Shown in pieces: positions 24,564 to 41,968 of a stretch of DNA of 64,000 nt. Made by a program: the position numbers and the translations under genes. This stretch comes from Ramazzottius varieornatus (taxonomy: Eukaryota; Animalia; Tardigrada). Under the pieces are notes generated by a model. The model was given only the letters and a program-made list of their open reading frames with translations. It searched no databases and was not told the origin of the DNA. Each line of letters starts with the position of its first letter. Position 1 is the first letter of the stretch. The DNA is taken from positions 1,059,036 to 1,123,035 of the forward strand of contig BDGG01000015.1 in the NCBI GenBank assembly GCA_001949185.1, in the 5' to 3' direction.

Positions 24564-26721
24564 TTATTTCTTGTTGCGTTTAGCGGAAGGCTTAGACTGT
24601 GAGGACTTTTCAGCAGACCAGTGTTCCGTGGTGTCTTCGTGCTTGCGTTTCCTCTTTCTCCTCTTGTCCTTGGCTGGATTCCAGTCCGTTACTGGCTGCT
24701 CTATCTTTACCTCTCCATTTTCCCCAGGTTCTGCTTTGCCACTGTCACCTACTTCCTTCACTTCACCATCGACCAAGCCCTCTTCCTGCGCTAAAGGTAC
24801 ATACCGTTCCATGACAGCGACGAAAAAGCCATTAGTCAAGTGCTTCTCCGGGAATGACCTCAGACAGTTGGGTCCTACAGAGTACCTTGGTTTGCCACAG
24901 CCCTTCCACTTCGGCAGGTACTTGGAATACGGCCGAAGAATGAACTGCGAGTTAGACTTGAGCGCTTCTTGGACCACTTCCTCGTCTTCTTCCGGACTGA
25001 TGGAGCAGGTGGCATAGACCACTCGTTGGACGTTGGGGAAGGACAGTGCGTGTTTGAGAAGCGTCATCTGTAGGTGCTTGAGCTTTTGCAATCGTTCGCG
25101 TTCTTCCTTCTTGCTCTGGCGGTTCTGCTTGTTGGTGCGAGAGGTGACGCCGGAGCCGCTGCAGGTTGGGTCGACGAGGATGTGGCTGGCCGCCGAGAAG
25201 CGCTCATTTTGCGGGCTGATCTTCAAAAAGTCTTCGTTGATGGTGGTGGCACACGTCACACCGTAGTGCTGAAGGCTCTTTTCCATCCTCTTGCAGCGCT
25301 CGGCGTCAAGATCCACGGCGAAGATCTTCCTGCAATAACAAGGAGAGAACCACCGGTGATGCGCTACAACCTCCAGAAAACAATCACCGTTCGCCAGTAG
25401 CATACGGCTGTTGACAACTTTCTTATCCCCATCAGACTGTTTAGTGCCTTTATCACTACTTGCTTATATCGCTTAAATGGAAAGTTAGACAGAAAAGAAT
25501 GATGAGCACTAACCCTTGGTTTTCCATGAGAGCGGCCAAATGGGAAGTTTTCATGCCAGGAGCGGCGCAGGCGTCGATAACGGTGCTTCCTGCTGGAGGA
25601 TTCAGTAGCAGAGATGCCAGACAGCTAGCCTGAAAGATGGCACCTACACGTATTATGACAGTAAATATGAAGTATTCAAAGCTAGAAAATGAAGATTGAT
25701 AACTATAGCAAACAGATGAGACACTAACCTTGTCTTGGACGACAATCTTGCCAGTCTTCTCCAGCTCGTGATTGTAAAAGTTGATCATGGGGTTCAAAAC
25801 AACCACATTAGGCACGTGATAGTCGTGGTAGAAGCTCCTGGCACCCATCTTGCGTATCGACTTCAAAAAGCTGCAACAGCAATCCAACGTTCGATCATCA
25901 AGTCTTGAAACACAACACAAAGTGAACCTTAGCGGAAAAAACCTGCTCGTACCCTTTCTGTGACTGGGCTTCGTATTCTTTCAGGATGAAACCCTCGTTC
26001 TTCAGTGTCTTTTCTACTTCGTCGCGAGAAGACAGGATGGTGTTCACTCGGATGTACCTTGGATGCTGCAGACCTTCTGCAAATAAAGACGCAAACTCCA
26101 CACAGTCTTGCTATTAGTTAAAATTTAGGAAGGAGATGATTGTCTCGAATAAAAAACGTCCCGTACTCTGATCTCCTTTCTTTAGCTGAGACACATCTTG
26201 GACCTCATTTTCTTTCAGGTATTTTTGCATTTCCTCGTTCAAGGCCTTCCTGTATCTCCATATTAATCCAGCAATACCTCTGGCTCGTTTCATCTCTCCG
26301 AAGAGCAAGTCGTAAATCAGGACGTAGGCCATACTCTTGGACAGTCGCGTCTCCTGCTTCAGCAAGTTCGACTTGTAGGCTATCCTCTTGATGTGCACCA
26401 AGTTGTCCATGGTCTTCTGGGTGATGGCCATCAGAAACCTCTTTTCCTGCAATGAAAACGACGAAGAAAGCGTCAACAACCGTGGCACTTCCGGCCATTG
26501 CGTAATCAGCAGGTAGTGCACCGACTGACCGGAAATGGAGAGTTGAAGATGGCCGATTTCACCGAAGCACGTCCTTTCAGCACGGCATCCAGACATTCGG
26601 CTGCCGCCGCATACACATCCGTCGTAATGTCTCCCGTGCTGCTCCTTTCAGCCTTGTTCTGGGGCTTGCCCGCGGCCGGAGCATCTTCGAGGCTAACATC
26701 GTTGGCTTCGCCTTCCGACAT
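24564..26721 (-). CDS. NSUN5: NSUN5/Rcm1 28S rRNA m5C methyltransferase (multi-exon)
   Basis: Exons encode [12 protein letters not shown]|[53 protein letters not shown] and NGFFVA. Confidence 0.92.
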
Positions 26722-27419
26722 TATCTACCGAGTAGCTTTCAAACTGATCGTGGGAACCACCGTATCTCAGCTTGTCCATCAGAACCTGCAAAGAATAAAT
26801 GATCGAAAAGTTCGTCTAGCGAGCCGACAGCGCAAAGATCGGGGAAGGAAACTTCGACATCCATAGCCTTACTATAGCTATACGGAAAGGCAGCCGCGAG
26901 CAAAAAAGAGCAATACGTCACAGCGGGGGTGCGGCTTATGTTGCGCAGACCAGAGCGAATGTGAAGTGCCTGCACTCGTTCAACGAGCACGATGGCACGC
27001 ACATGCAATCTGTCAGCTGTTTATGCAATGAAACCTGGTGTGGCAGGCCATGTTGTGGCATTGCTCTAGCCTGTCCTCGTGCATTTTCGAGTAAGTTCGG
27101 CCACCATTTCTTGCAAGGGACAATCTTATCTCGTTTGTCCAGCCAAAGATGGACCAAATCTTCAGGATCTTTTTCATGTCTGAACTGAGATAACCTGAAA
27201 CCTGGAAGCTGAGACACGGCCTGAACAAAGTACGCAGAATAACCGAATTTGAGAGCCAGTCGGACTCATCAACCAATCAGTGTTGTTGGAACATGCTAGA
27301 ACGGTAAATCTTGAAGCGCTTTAGTTGGGCTGTACGGTCTGCCTTTGCCCAACAGTCGCTCCGTAACAGACGACGTCATACAGCTGACTGGTCATTGCAC
27401 TGCGTTCGCCCAGTGTACA

Positions 27420-27705
27420 TGACGTCACCTCAGTGGCTAATGGTGTCAAGGCCGTGAAGCCGGTATAGTGCGCTGCCTTTACATATAGCTATAAGACCTA
27501 CCGAGTCCCGACCTACAGTTCCGACCTGTTTTGTCTTGCAAACGAGGCAATCTACGATCAAGTACCAGCCTTGTGTTGGCGAACAAACCTGTTGTCAGTC
27601 GTGTGGCCTGATGACGTTTGGTCAATCAAATAGAATGTTCATGACTGATAGCTGGACGTTTGCGCCATCTGCAGCGGCGGCGTGATATGCAGTTCTCTGA
27701 CGTCA
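27420..27705. promoter_or_regulatory. Two full CRE palindromes (TGACGTCA) between divergent NSUN5 and ELAV
   Basis: TGACGTCA at 27420-27427 and 27698-27705, with partial sites nearby; function is inferred only. Confidence 0.35.
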
Positions 27706-28293
27706 TTCATTCCTGATTGACTCCATTCAAACGTCTTCCCATGACACCTTTCCTCCGAGAGCGGCATCTCTCTGATGCCTTTCGGAGGATCATCCCTGTT
27801 TCATCCCAAGCGAGACAGTTTGGCAAACATGAAGCTCGCCGACAAGGTGAATGGGAAGGGGCTGGCACTCGAGACTGATTGGCGGTAACGCTTGGATACA
27901 ACCGGCCTCTGACTCACAACGCTGTGCCGTTCAGACGGGTTTGGATGAGTCATACGGACCGTACGGACCTACGGCTTGCCATAATGGATATACGGTGTGA
28001 CAATGGCAGGCCTTGGGGACGAACTCCACTTCCCATAAGGGACGCACTGTACAGTCTGGCTGGACCGCTCCGCTTGACGGTCATGTGAAAACTCAGGGCA
28101 GCGATCGTATGCATCGATTTTCCTGTCTGCCATTCTTCAGTTATCCTGTTTTCAGTTTCAGTTCTTTACATTCCTTGATTTCCTTGGGTTTTCATAATTA
28201 TTTGCGCTTGACACCTCTAACAATTAATAGAACCCTTTACTTTCGGTCTTGTATCCGATTAATTTCTGGTTATTTTCTGTTCTCGTCCACTAG

Positions 28294-31844
<3,551 letters not shown>

Positions 31845-32878
31845 GGCAATGCACAAGTGTACCCCGGAAACGCATCTGGTGAATGCAGAATTGCGGTCAC
31901 AAAATCCTTCATCCTTCTGTTTAATTTCTCACTTAACTATTCGGTTGAAAACTTACATTAGGTTACGCTTGTTATCCCTTATTTGAAATCGTTTACACCC
32001 GCAGTCTCAGAGGTGCAGCTCTCGCTTAATGCTTTTTGTCAGTGTCAAAATGGTTAATTTTCAGTCTGTTTATGTACGAGTACTGTTGCTCGTTTGTCAT
32101 CTTGTAATGCTGTAGTGCATAGGTTGTGGAACCAGTGCTGTATTTTCGACTGCGTTCGAATTCTGTAAATCGAAGAGTCTGTCGCTTAGTTTCCCTGTGA
32201 AATTCTATTTTAATCAACTAACCTTTGACCAGCTGGTCATCACTCGAACGTGTGCCAAAGATGTCTCGGGTGGTGCAGATCTTCCTTTTCCCTTCTTGTT
32301 TCGCTTACCATGCTATTCATTATCCTCACCAGAATTGCCCAGTCTCTAACGGCAAACCTCCAACTTCGTCCACATTCCGCCTACCTCAATAGTCATATTC
32401 CTGTTCCAGTACTCCTACTCCCCACCTTGCACGGTCAAGTTCCTACACACTACATTCTTTTACGCGCACCTATTCCAAAACCTACTTTCAAGCTTGCGTT
32501 TTGGACTTCTCTGGATTGTAGTCGGCTTTTCCATGATCTCAAACCCTGTACATTCCGTGTACAAATGTTCAGTCTTAACCTTAACCCGATCAGAACCGAC
32601 GATATACTCACTGGCCATAGTCTGCAGGATACTCATTCGATATTTTTCGCATATTTCTAACGATTGTTTATTACAACGTAATCTTATTGCTGGTTATTTC
32701 CACGAGCAATTAGATTATATAAACTGACTGTAACAATAAAAACTCAAGGTTCGACACGACAAAAAAACACTAAGATGTGCATAATCGTAATGCAGAACAA
32801 AGCCCATGAAAACTACAGCAACGTAAAACGCAGCAGCCGGAATATAAACGTAAGACAATGCAAAAAATAAATCTTCCT

Positions 32879-32942
32879 TCTCCATAACGATACTACGTTA
32901 AAAGGCCTACTCTCTCCATAACGATACTAGGATAAAAGGCTT
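32879..32942. repeat. Two-copy tandem duplication (34-bp period) in the afadin 3' UTR region
   Basis: TCTCCATAACGATACTACGTTAAAAGGCCT followed by TCTCCATAACGATACTAGGATAAAAGGCTT. Confidence 0.8.
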
Positions 32943-33010
32943 AACGTAACAAGAAAGTGGTCAGAGCAAGTAAAAGGGGGAGCACTTCAAAAAAAGGCAG
33001 CGACAGAGAG

Positions 33011-36000
33011 TCAACTGGAGCCGTAGTCGATCTCCCGCTGCTTGCTAGAGTTGGTCAGCAGCCTGTCCTTGGGATCCTCGCCCATACTGATGGCGAACAT
33101 CTTCATCTTGTCACGGAAAGACAGCTTCTCCGGCGACGTATCGTTGTCCTGCTGCGGCAGTCTCAGGACCTTTGCATTCAAGATCTTACTACGTGGGTCG
33201 TTGTACACTTCGTGGATACCCACCACTGAAGCTGTGCCGTTGACGTGACCGTTCAGCCTGGCCGTTTCCACTTGATGCCTAATCTCCGCACCCGCCGTCA
33301 TTCTCTTACCATAAGTGGCCGCTTGGTGGACACTGCTCAAGTATCCATTGGGCTGTGGAGGGGAAGCAGGGGAATGCCTTACTGTCAGCGGCGAGTCGGG
33401 GTTGTTGTCCAGATGTTCTCTCGAACGCTTGATGGCTTCGTTGACGGCATTATACTCTTGGTGATGACGGACGAAGCGGTCAAAGTTCTCTTGCTGTGAA
33501 GTCTTGTACACTTCCGGCTGGGCAACAGCTACAGGGTGATGAAGATGCGGAGAGGCTTTGGGAAGGACGACAAGGTTGGCTTTGCGGTTGACTTCCTTCT
33601 CTTGATGGTAGCTGATCTGCTGGCTTTCTTCTTCCTCATCCTCGTCGTCATCATCCTCCCCTTCCTCCTCCGAGCCGTCTTCTTGCCCTTGTTCAGCTCG
33701 GTGTTGGAAGTCTCGTTCCAGAAGTAAAGTCCGTAGTCGTTCCGCTTCGACAGCGGTCAGTTGCCCTTGGCGGGACTGCAGGTTGTCAATTTCCTCATCA
33801 CGGAAGCGGCGGGCTTCGCTTTGGCGCCAAAGCTGCATCTGCTCCTGCTCGGCACGAAGCCATGGAGAGCTCGAGGGTGAGGAGCAAGTGTCGCGACTGA
33901 GCGGCGCACTAGTCTGGCCTCTTGTCCAGCCTTGGTTATCTTCAGCCTTTCTGCCTTCGCCAAGGCCGTTACTCAGCTGGGCTTGCAAGGCTTCCTGACG
34001 CTGTCCATTTCCGTTAGTTAGCGCCCCGGGCTCCACAAAGCGGACGGCCTTGTCTGGTATCGGATTCTGCTGCATTGCCTGCAGAAAAAAGGATAATTAT
34101 ACTTCTATACAACTTGTGAAAACTAACTTGAATAGTTTTCGGGAAGTTTATACCAGTGCATAAGCCTATTTGTCCATTTGTGACCTATATCTAAAAACCA
34201 AAGACATTGACTGCGTTATTCGTGCTTTTGGTACAGTATTGGCCGTCAGCAGATCAGAGGCTAGTTTTATAGTTACAGAACTTTCATTGATTGCTGGTTG
34301 ATCAACGCAACGTCTCACAAGTCAGACAGATTTCTACGACATTTCCCTTCTTCTGTCTCAGTGGAAAGTCTTACCGTTGGGCTTGGGGACTTTTTGGCAT
34401 TGTCAACGGCCCACTGAACGCGTTTTTCCAGCGGTCTGTGGCCTTTGGCATCCAGTCGTTCTTGCGAGACACTTCGACGCTCACTGTTGAGGGCATGTCG
34501 CGCGTGGACGATGCCGCGAGTGGGTATATGGGGCGACTGTTGGCCATTCTGCATGTGCTGCCGTCGTCGTCGAAGCTCATCCTCCATCTCCATCATCTTC
34601 GCCTCTTGGCGCATCTTGTCCCGTTGAGCGTGCATCTGTGTGGCGATGGTCTCGCGGATGGGCGACGGTGGCCGCTGCTGTAGGGTAGGTGCGGCAAGGT
34701 GGATGGTCTGGGGCGACATGCGGCGGCGCTGAATGTCCATGGTGGGCAGCGGGGGAGGAGGCATAGGCTTGATCTCTTGAGGAACCCACTGCTGATGCTG
34801 CTGCTGCTGCTGGTGAGGATGGAAATGCTCCGGTGGTGGCATGTCATGTCCAGTGGGCAGCTGCAATGGGTATGCGCTCATGGGTTGGCCATGGCCGTTG
34901 ACTGGCACAGCCACTCTGGGACCATTTTGTTCCTGGTAGTTCGCAGTAGCTCGCACTAGAAGGGGGACACACTCAATAAAGAGATTGACTAGAGAAATAG
35001 CTGGCCCGGTTTCAACTGTCCAAAATTAAAGTCAATAAACGCTTTCAACTTTCTGGAAAGTGGAAACGGTTCAAGCTTCAGCCTATTAAATTCTTTTGGT
35101 CGCGGTTGCGGTTCACAAGGCAGTTTGTCGATATAAAGGACATTTTTCTACAGTTTTGTTGTGGCAGCTGTATACTGACTGCATATGTGGTACTATAGGT
35201 ACAGGGAACACTTGGTCTAGGGGTACAACAGTATGTCTTCTTGATAAAATTTACCTGGTGCGGGAGATGGAATTTGAGAGTCGTTGATGATAGTGGCCAG
35301 GCCATTGATGAAGGCTCCCTGCTTGAGAACTTCCAAGTGGACAGTCTTGCCGCTTTCACCAATGAGTTCAGCAGCGCGTTCCTGGTTGACGTTGACCAAA
35401 CTTCGACCATTGACTTTCAGCAACTGATCCCCCGATTGCACTCGTCCATCGGCGTCCGCAGCTCCACCCTTAACGACAGACTTGACGAATATGCCCAGTT
35501 TGTCTTGAGCAGGGATCTGCGAAGTACCAGAAATACAGCATGATTTCAGGTTCAAGCAAGATGCCTTTTTTGGCGAAGAAGCCTTCATGGCCAGGCATGC
35601 ACGTTTTATTACTCACACTTCGAGAATCACAACAATGACAAACGCAAGAACAAACTAATGGAAAGTGTACACTTACTCGTGTCGCAACAATGCTCAAGCC
35701 AATGCCGCTGCTGCCTTTAGGAAAGGAAACCTGCATGACTGAGGGGGAGTATTGCGTGGGATGTGGTGCCACTGGTTGTTGCATGGCTCTTCCGCCATCA
35801 AACGACGTCTGCAAAAGAAGTGCAACCATGAATCACTGTAGTACCATACTCCAAAGCACCAATCGAAGCTTCACTCCATCATCGAAAGAACCCGTAATAT
35901 GATGAAGCCGAAGCTGATTCCACTTTCTCGTACAGAAGAGAACTCCACAGTGACAAAGAGGCAAAGGCAGGAATTGGTACTTACCGATGGCGAACGCTGG

Positions 36001-39000
36001 CCGGACAACTGCGTCAGGTAGACGGCCCACGATCCTTGCGAATGGGGATGGATGGTCATGTCACATATACCTGCAACATAAACCCTTGAATATTCTGATT
36101 GAGACGTGCCTTAAGGCATGGGATAGAAATGATTACCAGCGCGGCGGAGTGGTTCCAAAAACTCCTCCAGACCATTGTGCATGCCCTTGACGAGGGTGAC
36201 GGAGTAGCCTTCTTCGGGAATGGTTAAGCTCAAGTTCATCTGTAGGGGTTCTTCCAGCTGGATGGGTTCGCCATTCTCTCGCGCAGCTTCGTCGGCCAAG
36301 CCCTGGGCGATAGCCGTGACAGCCTCAAGGAGCTCGCTGCAAAACGGATAATCCTCGGGATCAGCTTCGGCGTCGGCATTGTAGTTCTCCAGCACAAAGC
36401 GGATCTGCTCAGAGTTGAGCCGATGGCCAACGGACGCGTAAATCGTCGCATTCATCTCCGTTTTGGGCATCACCAAGAGCGTTGCCACCTGTCAAAACAA
36501 ACAACAAGACTTGTCTCCATTTCTACACCAAGGAACTAATACAAAATATTTGACAGAAATCAACATGATTCTTGAAGATGGTTGTTTATACCTGGATAAT
36601 TTTAGCCAGGTAATATTCGGCAGCGACCTCCAATCCGTGCTTGTCAGCCCATCTCATCAGCAGCTCCAGTCCACTTTGTAGCCATTCACCGAAATGGCGG
36701 TTGCATCGCTCGGGGTTGTGGACCAGCGAGTTAAACAGCCACATGCTGATGTAGTGGAACAGTTGTGAGGACAACTGGATGGTCAAGGCCGCGTTCAGCC
36801 GGCAGCGCTTCACCAAATTCAGTGTCCGCGTCAGAATTGCCAAGATGGCTCCTGAAAGAGCACTTGCAGTTTAACCGTAGAAGAAGACCACAAGGTGCAA
36901 TGCCAAAAAGAAAACTTGAAAGAAAAATAAACACGTCAACGACACAAAACTTTCAACACCGGCAACTCGATGAATGTTTTTCCATGGCTGTGGCGGCAAA
37001 GCACAGATCGAGTTTGCTTTTTGATGTACGGAGTGTCAACATATCAGTTAAGGAGAAAAAAGCATTGCCGGCTGTTTTGAATATTCTTCTTCATTTGTAC
37101 GTACCCCATCCGACGTTCTCTTCTGAGTTTCCTTCCGACTCTTCTGGCTGGCCGGTGGGCGCAAAGAGGCCGGGCAGCGCTCTTTCCAGCAGGATCTGCT
37201 GACAGACCGTGAGGTGATGAAAGGCCTGGCAGATGGACTGTGTCAGGATATCGTGGGCATCTGTAGCGTAGATGGACATGTGTCGATCCTGCTTCAGCAG
37301 ATGTAACAGCTCCGAAGCATTGGCCAACCAGAAGGCCAAGTACTCGGCGTTGCCCTGATTGTCCCGCACTATCCCCAAGAACAGACTGGCCACTTTTTTT
37401 AAGAACTTGGATAAGAGATGAGCGCGTTCCAAGGGAACAATCTCAGGGCGGAAGTTGGTCGAGCCGCGGTAGCGCGCTGCCATGTACAGCACGTAGGTGG
37501 GGGCCAGCTTGAACTTGACACCGACGGGATTGGGGTCGATGATGACGCCCCGAAGGAAGTCATTCTCCCGCTCTTCGCGGAACTCCAAGGTGGCAGGGAG
37601 GATCTGCAAGCGACTAGCTGCCAACAGGTTGGGGGAAGAACGGAAGGAGCCCATCAGTGAAGTGGTTTCTGAACGAGCGTTGTCGTCGACTGAATCCTGA
37701 TGGCACAAATACTGTGTGCGGTTGCCTACGGGGAAGTCGGTGGGTCTTCTCTGCAGTGTACCACCGGTTGTGAGTGGTAAGGGTATTCTGTCATGGTGGC
37801 CGTTAGTTAAAGGTTGGCCGAATGTTTGGGGAATGCACAGACGGAAGCGGTGCGACTGACCAATTCGAATACTGGCGCCGTCGTTCAAGGCGACGGTCGA
37901 GTCGATCTTCTGAGCATCTACCAGGACCAGCGCTGTACCGGTGGCATCGCGGAAAGGAGTGACAGTGACGGTGTGCTCCAGCCGGTTGAAGGCGCAGTGG
38001 CTGGGAAGAACGTCGGGGCCGTTGACGTTGAAGAAGTTGGCCGCCCCGAGACGCATCTGGTTGTTGCCCACTTCGGTGATGCCAGGGAAGAGTTGGAAGG
38101 CTTGACCGAGCCCGTTGGGAAGTGACTCGATCAAGTAGGGGTTTTGGACTAGAAGCGGCCGAGAAATTCCGTTGTCGTTCGCCGAGTTCTCCTTCTTCAT
38201 GCCTGAAAACAAATAAGTGGTGGAAACTGAATCAAGAAACTTATTTGCCGAATACCCCCCCCCCCCATACACAACACATTTGGCGCACAGCATCATGACG
38301 GTACTGTGCTATATACGACAGCATACTGGCGTAGTGCGCGACTTGACAGAGAGATGGCGATTGTGAAATCTAGTTATTACCAATCTCGGATTTCTTTTTG
38401 AGGTTAAAGATGAGCGTTCCGCGGTCACTTGGGAAATGCATCAGGATCTGTAGAGGACAATCGGACGATGCAAGAACCGTTTCCTGTATCAGATGAGGAT
38501 CGACATTGTCAGCTGAAGTGCCGGCAGGAAGGACGGCTTGCATCAGGCAATACTTAGCCACTTCTTCGCGCTCCAACCCGTATTTGTCCAGTGTTTGTTT
38601 AATGACGGTCTCCACAGTGTCGTGGATGGACAGAAGAAGTGTTTTGTAGGGGACGTCGCGGTTTATTGACTCGCCAAATATCTTCAGTGTCCCGCCGGTA
38701 TCCGGCCCACCATCCTTGCTCTTGAACTGTTGCAACTTCTTCTCCAGCTTCTGCTGCCGCCGCCGCCGCATAACAGCCTCCGGGTTGGATATGCTTCGGT
38801 GAAAACTGGTTTCCGGCAATTGTTTGAAAAGCTTTTCAGCGTCGCTTTGCTCTTGAGAAATCTGCCAAAATGGAAAAATTCACGATTATCATCGTTATCA
38901 TTCAATTCACTCAAAGCACCGAACAACAACATAACTCTTTACTCTTGACTATAGCGCAGTCTCTGAATAGACGGAAGAATTTCTGATTACCCAAAGTGGC

Positions 39001-39801
39001 GCTCATCGATCGTCGATCGAAAAAACAGAAATCGGTTTCGTAATCTCGTGTCTTCAGAGAAATGGAAAAACGTCAGGTCCCAGAGTCCAGACTCCCAGTC
39101 GGGAACGGGAAGAAAAAATCAATCAAGTGTTGGGCTTCGCAAGATGCCGCCTTTTTGTTTACAAAAGCGAAATGTCCACCAAAGCAAGCAATAAAATCAA
39201 ATAATTATAATCAAAATTGTGCTTTTGGATTAGACAGGTTGTTCGGTTGATTGTTGATCAAACGTCAACTTACGCCCAAAGATTCGTTTGCGCTCTTCAG
39301 TTTATCTTCCTTTTCCTTCTGCTTCTTTGCCTCCTTCTTCTCCCGTTTGGACATGCGCCTGTCGAAATTCTTGCTCTCCTTCTCCTCGGTGCTGTTGGAA
39401 CGTCTGGGTTCATCCTCATTCTTCAGCAGGAATCGTCCATCGCGATCATCCTTGTGCCAGTTGAGCTGGACCAGCAAAGGCTTCTCCTCATCCTTCAGCC
39501 TGCGCTCTTCCCCATTGGCATACGTCTCGTACAGTCCGAAGTGTGGCAAGGTGAGCATTTTCATGTCTGGCCGGAACTTCTCCACCAGTGTCTCCACCAC
39601 TTCTTTTGCCATTTGGGTGCTGGTGACGCGGACACACTTGGTGGCCACCTTGTCACCTGCCTCCTGGAAGTAGAAGCGCATCACCCCGTAAAACTCCATG
39701 TTCTCGTCGGGATCCGACAGCTCAAAAATCTTGAGACGGTTGGCGTTCCACTGGGAGATAATCGTCCGCAGCGTCTCACGGTCGTGCGCGCGAGGATCCA
39801 T
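33011..39801 (-). CDS. AFDN: Afadin / Canoe (AF-6)
   Basis: RA1 (WNANRLKIFELS...EFYGVMRFYFQ...VATKCVRV), RA2 (RSISNPEAVMRRRRQQKLEKKL...GGTLKIFG...PYKTLLLS), FHA-like, DIL (FKLAPTY, FWLANASELL, RLNAALTIQL), PDZ (GIGLSIVA...GIFVKSVVKGGAADADGR) and C-terminal KLSFRDKMKMF. Start taken at MDPRAH (39801); an in-frame upstream ATG exists at 39927. Confidence 0.95.
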
Positions 39802-41811
39802 GACGATCACCGAATGTTGTCCACGAATGTCTCCGGACGATGTCTGTTGCTGTGCTGTACGGTGGGTAATCGACGGCACTTTATCTGGTGCACCCATTCT
39901 CGGGTAATGTTCCGTCAAATTGACCATCAGTTCTTGTCAATCATCGTCACGTACGACAAATGAAGCCCAAACGCATCAAATATGCCAAGCATCCAAAATA
40001 TTAATATCTGCAAGCTGGTAAAAGTTCCACCGATATAGCAGATACTGCCGCGACAGGCCGATAGCAAAATCAGGGTTGTTTATGTTGATGTACCCAACCA
40101 ATCAAAAATCAACGGATGTACTGAAGACCACAAGACCGCACGAGTGGTAATTGCTCAATCACGGCACATGAAATACCCGAATAAGAAATAAGAATCAACT
40201 GAGTGATCGACCCGTTCCGATTTTCGGTCGCTCTTCCTTTTGTTGTTTCGAGTTCTCGACCATTCGATTCTTTCCAACAAACAGAAGCGACTCTCCCGTT
40301 GAGTAACGGCTTGTAAATCAATTTTCAGGCAGAAATTCCGCAGATGGAGCACATATAAATGGCAATGGGTAAGATGACTCATGTGCTGGCCAGAGCATGA
40401 AATTCAAGTGCTGGATGAATGATAATCAGGATTTACATTCCACATTGCAGGAGATCGTCTGATGGTAGTCCGCGATAGAGAAATCCAAAGATAGGAAAAG
40501 ACGCTTACAACAAAATGTCGTCTCGCACGGCGGCTACGATTTGGGCTAATCTGTAAAGCTTCGAGAGAAAATCGTCAAATCTTGAACACAAGGCACAACG
40601 TCGACACAAACATGGCCATATACTGTACCTTCTCCTTTGGACAGAACGGAAAGACGAGGCACAGGCGGACGGAGTAAAGCCTCTAGAAGATTGAAATCGC
40701 GGCGAGCGAGCGAGTGAAAATGCCCCCAAGATATTACATGCTGCCTATTGACGATGATGGCACACAGGAAAAGAGTGCAGAAGGGACAAAAGGCAGGCAA
40801 GCTAAGCTACTCTCTCCTTCTTCTCCATTTTTATCCATATTCCCAATACAGATAGGGCAGAACAGGTTCATGTCTTTTCACAGAATTCAACCCCTCTTTG
40901 ACCCTGCAGTCAGTGGACACTGCCCAGGAGACTCTGAAGAGAGGAAACGATCGATAAACATTCAGGTGAGAATTTATACATTTCGGCTTTACGACACAGA
41001 CTTTCCACAGTGAGGCTTCTGCTATGCTGCTTTATAGAAGTATACCTGCCAGGTATGATGGAAAGACATGCGAACAAGCTGGTTTGCCTGCCTACAAGGT
41101 CAGAGCTAGTCTGGGTCATGAACGACGTACAAACATGAGGTAACTGTGCTGCTGCATGCGAGCCAACGATTGTTGACAATGTGAAAAAGCAGGCCGTAAC
41201 TTAAACTTATCGTTGATGTTGACTGCTTACTTGTGGTCCGCAAAGACGCCTTGAAGGCTTTCTTGCTCCTCAACTGGTCGCTAGCAGCCAATTAAGGGTA
41301 ACCACTTCACTTCATTGTTGCGGTAGTTCGTGAGAGCTACGGTATGATTAGTGGCCGAGACCCAGAATAACCCTCCGCAACCTTTGAGGGCACGGCAAAC
41401 CGCTCACGTACGGCGAGAACCGCGCATCGTTAGCCAGCGAGATAGACTTGGGTCGCTGATTCTGAATGGCACGGTTGATTAGGTCTTGGATAACTAAGGG
41501 CTCGTACCGGTTGGCCAGTATGATTTCAGTCTGACAGCAGACTACCACCCCAAATGCGGGGTTGATGTCGCTCGACAAAAGGAAATGGGGCCTGAATGAA
41601 GTTCTCATAAACAACATGTCTTGTCATGCCAGGAACGACATGCCGAGGCCTCTCAACAGGTGGCACACTTCTGTGTAGGACACGCCGCATGACCATATAG
41701 CGGACCATCATGGAGCTTTTGCTGCAAGTGTGATCAGGACAAATGACGAAGCGTTTTATCCAGGGTTTCTGGAGTTTAATACTAAACTGTTTTGGGGAAA
41801 TGAGATTACTA

Positions 41812-41968
41812 CTGTATTCCCTCGGAATCTTCGCGAATCCCGTTACTCGTGGCGCCACCTACAGGACGTACGTCATCCATACATGCGCCCCTATCCGCCG
41901 TACGTCATGTACGTTTCGTAGGTGGCGCCATGGGTATCAGGCTTCGCGGAGATATCGGGGGAATACAG
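41812..41968. mobile_element. 157-bp fold-back MITE flanked by TA (Tc1/mariner/pogo-like)
   Basis: Ungapped 64-bp inverted arms, 41810-41873 vs 41907-41970 (TA|CTGTATTCCC...GGGAATACAG|TA): 51 Watson-Crick pairs, 8 G:T and 5 mismatches, with a 33-nt spacer. Confidence 0.8.

Noticed and set aside
26749-26756. CGTGGGAA CSL site near the NSUN5 start
   Set aside because: An isolated 8-mer at chance frequency with no paired site.
26936-27276. Short Cys/His-containing ORFs between NSUN5 and ELAV
   Set aside because: No recognisable domain or consistent exon chain; cannot be supported without expression data.
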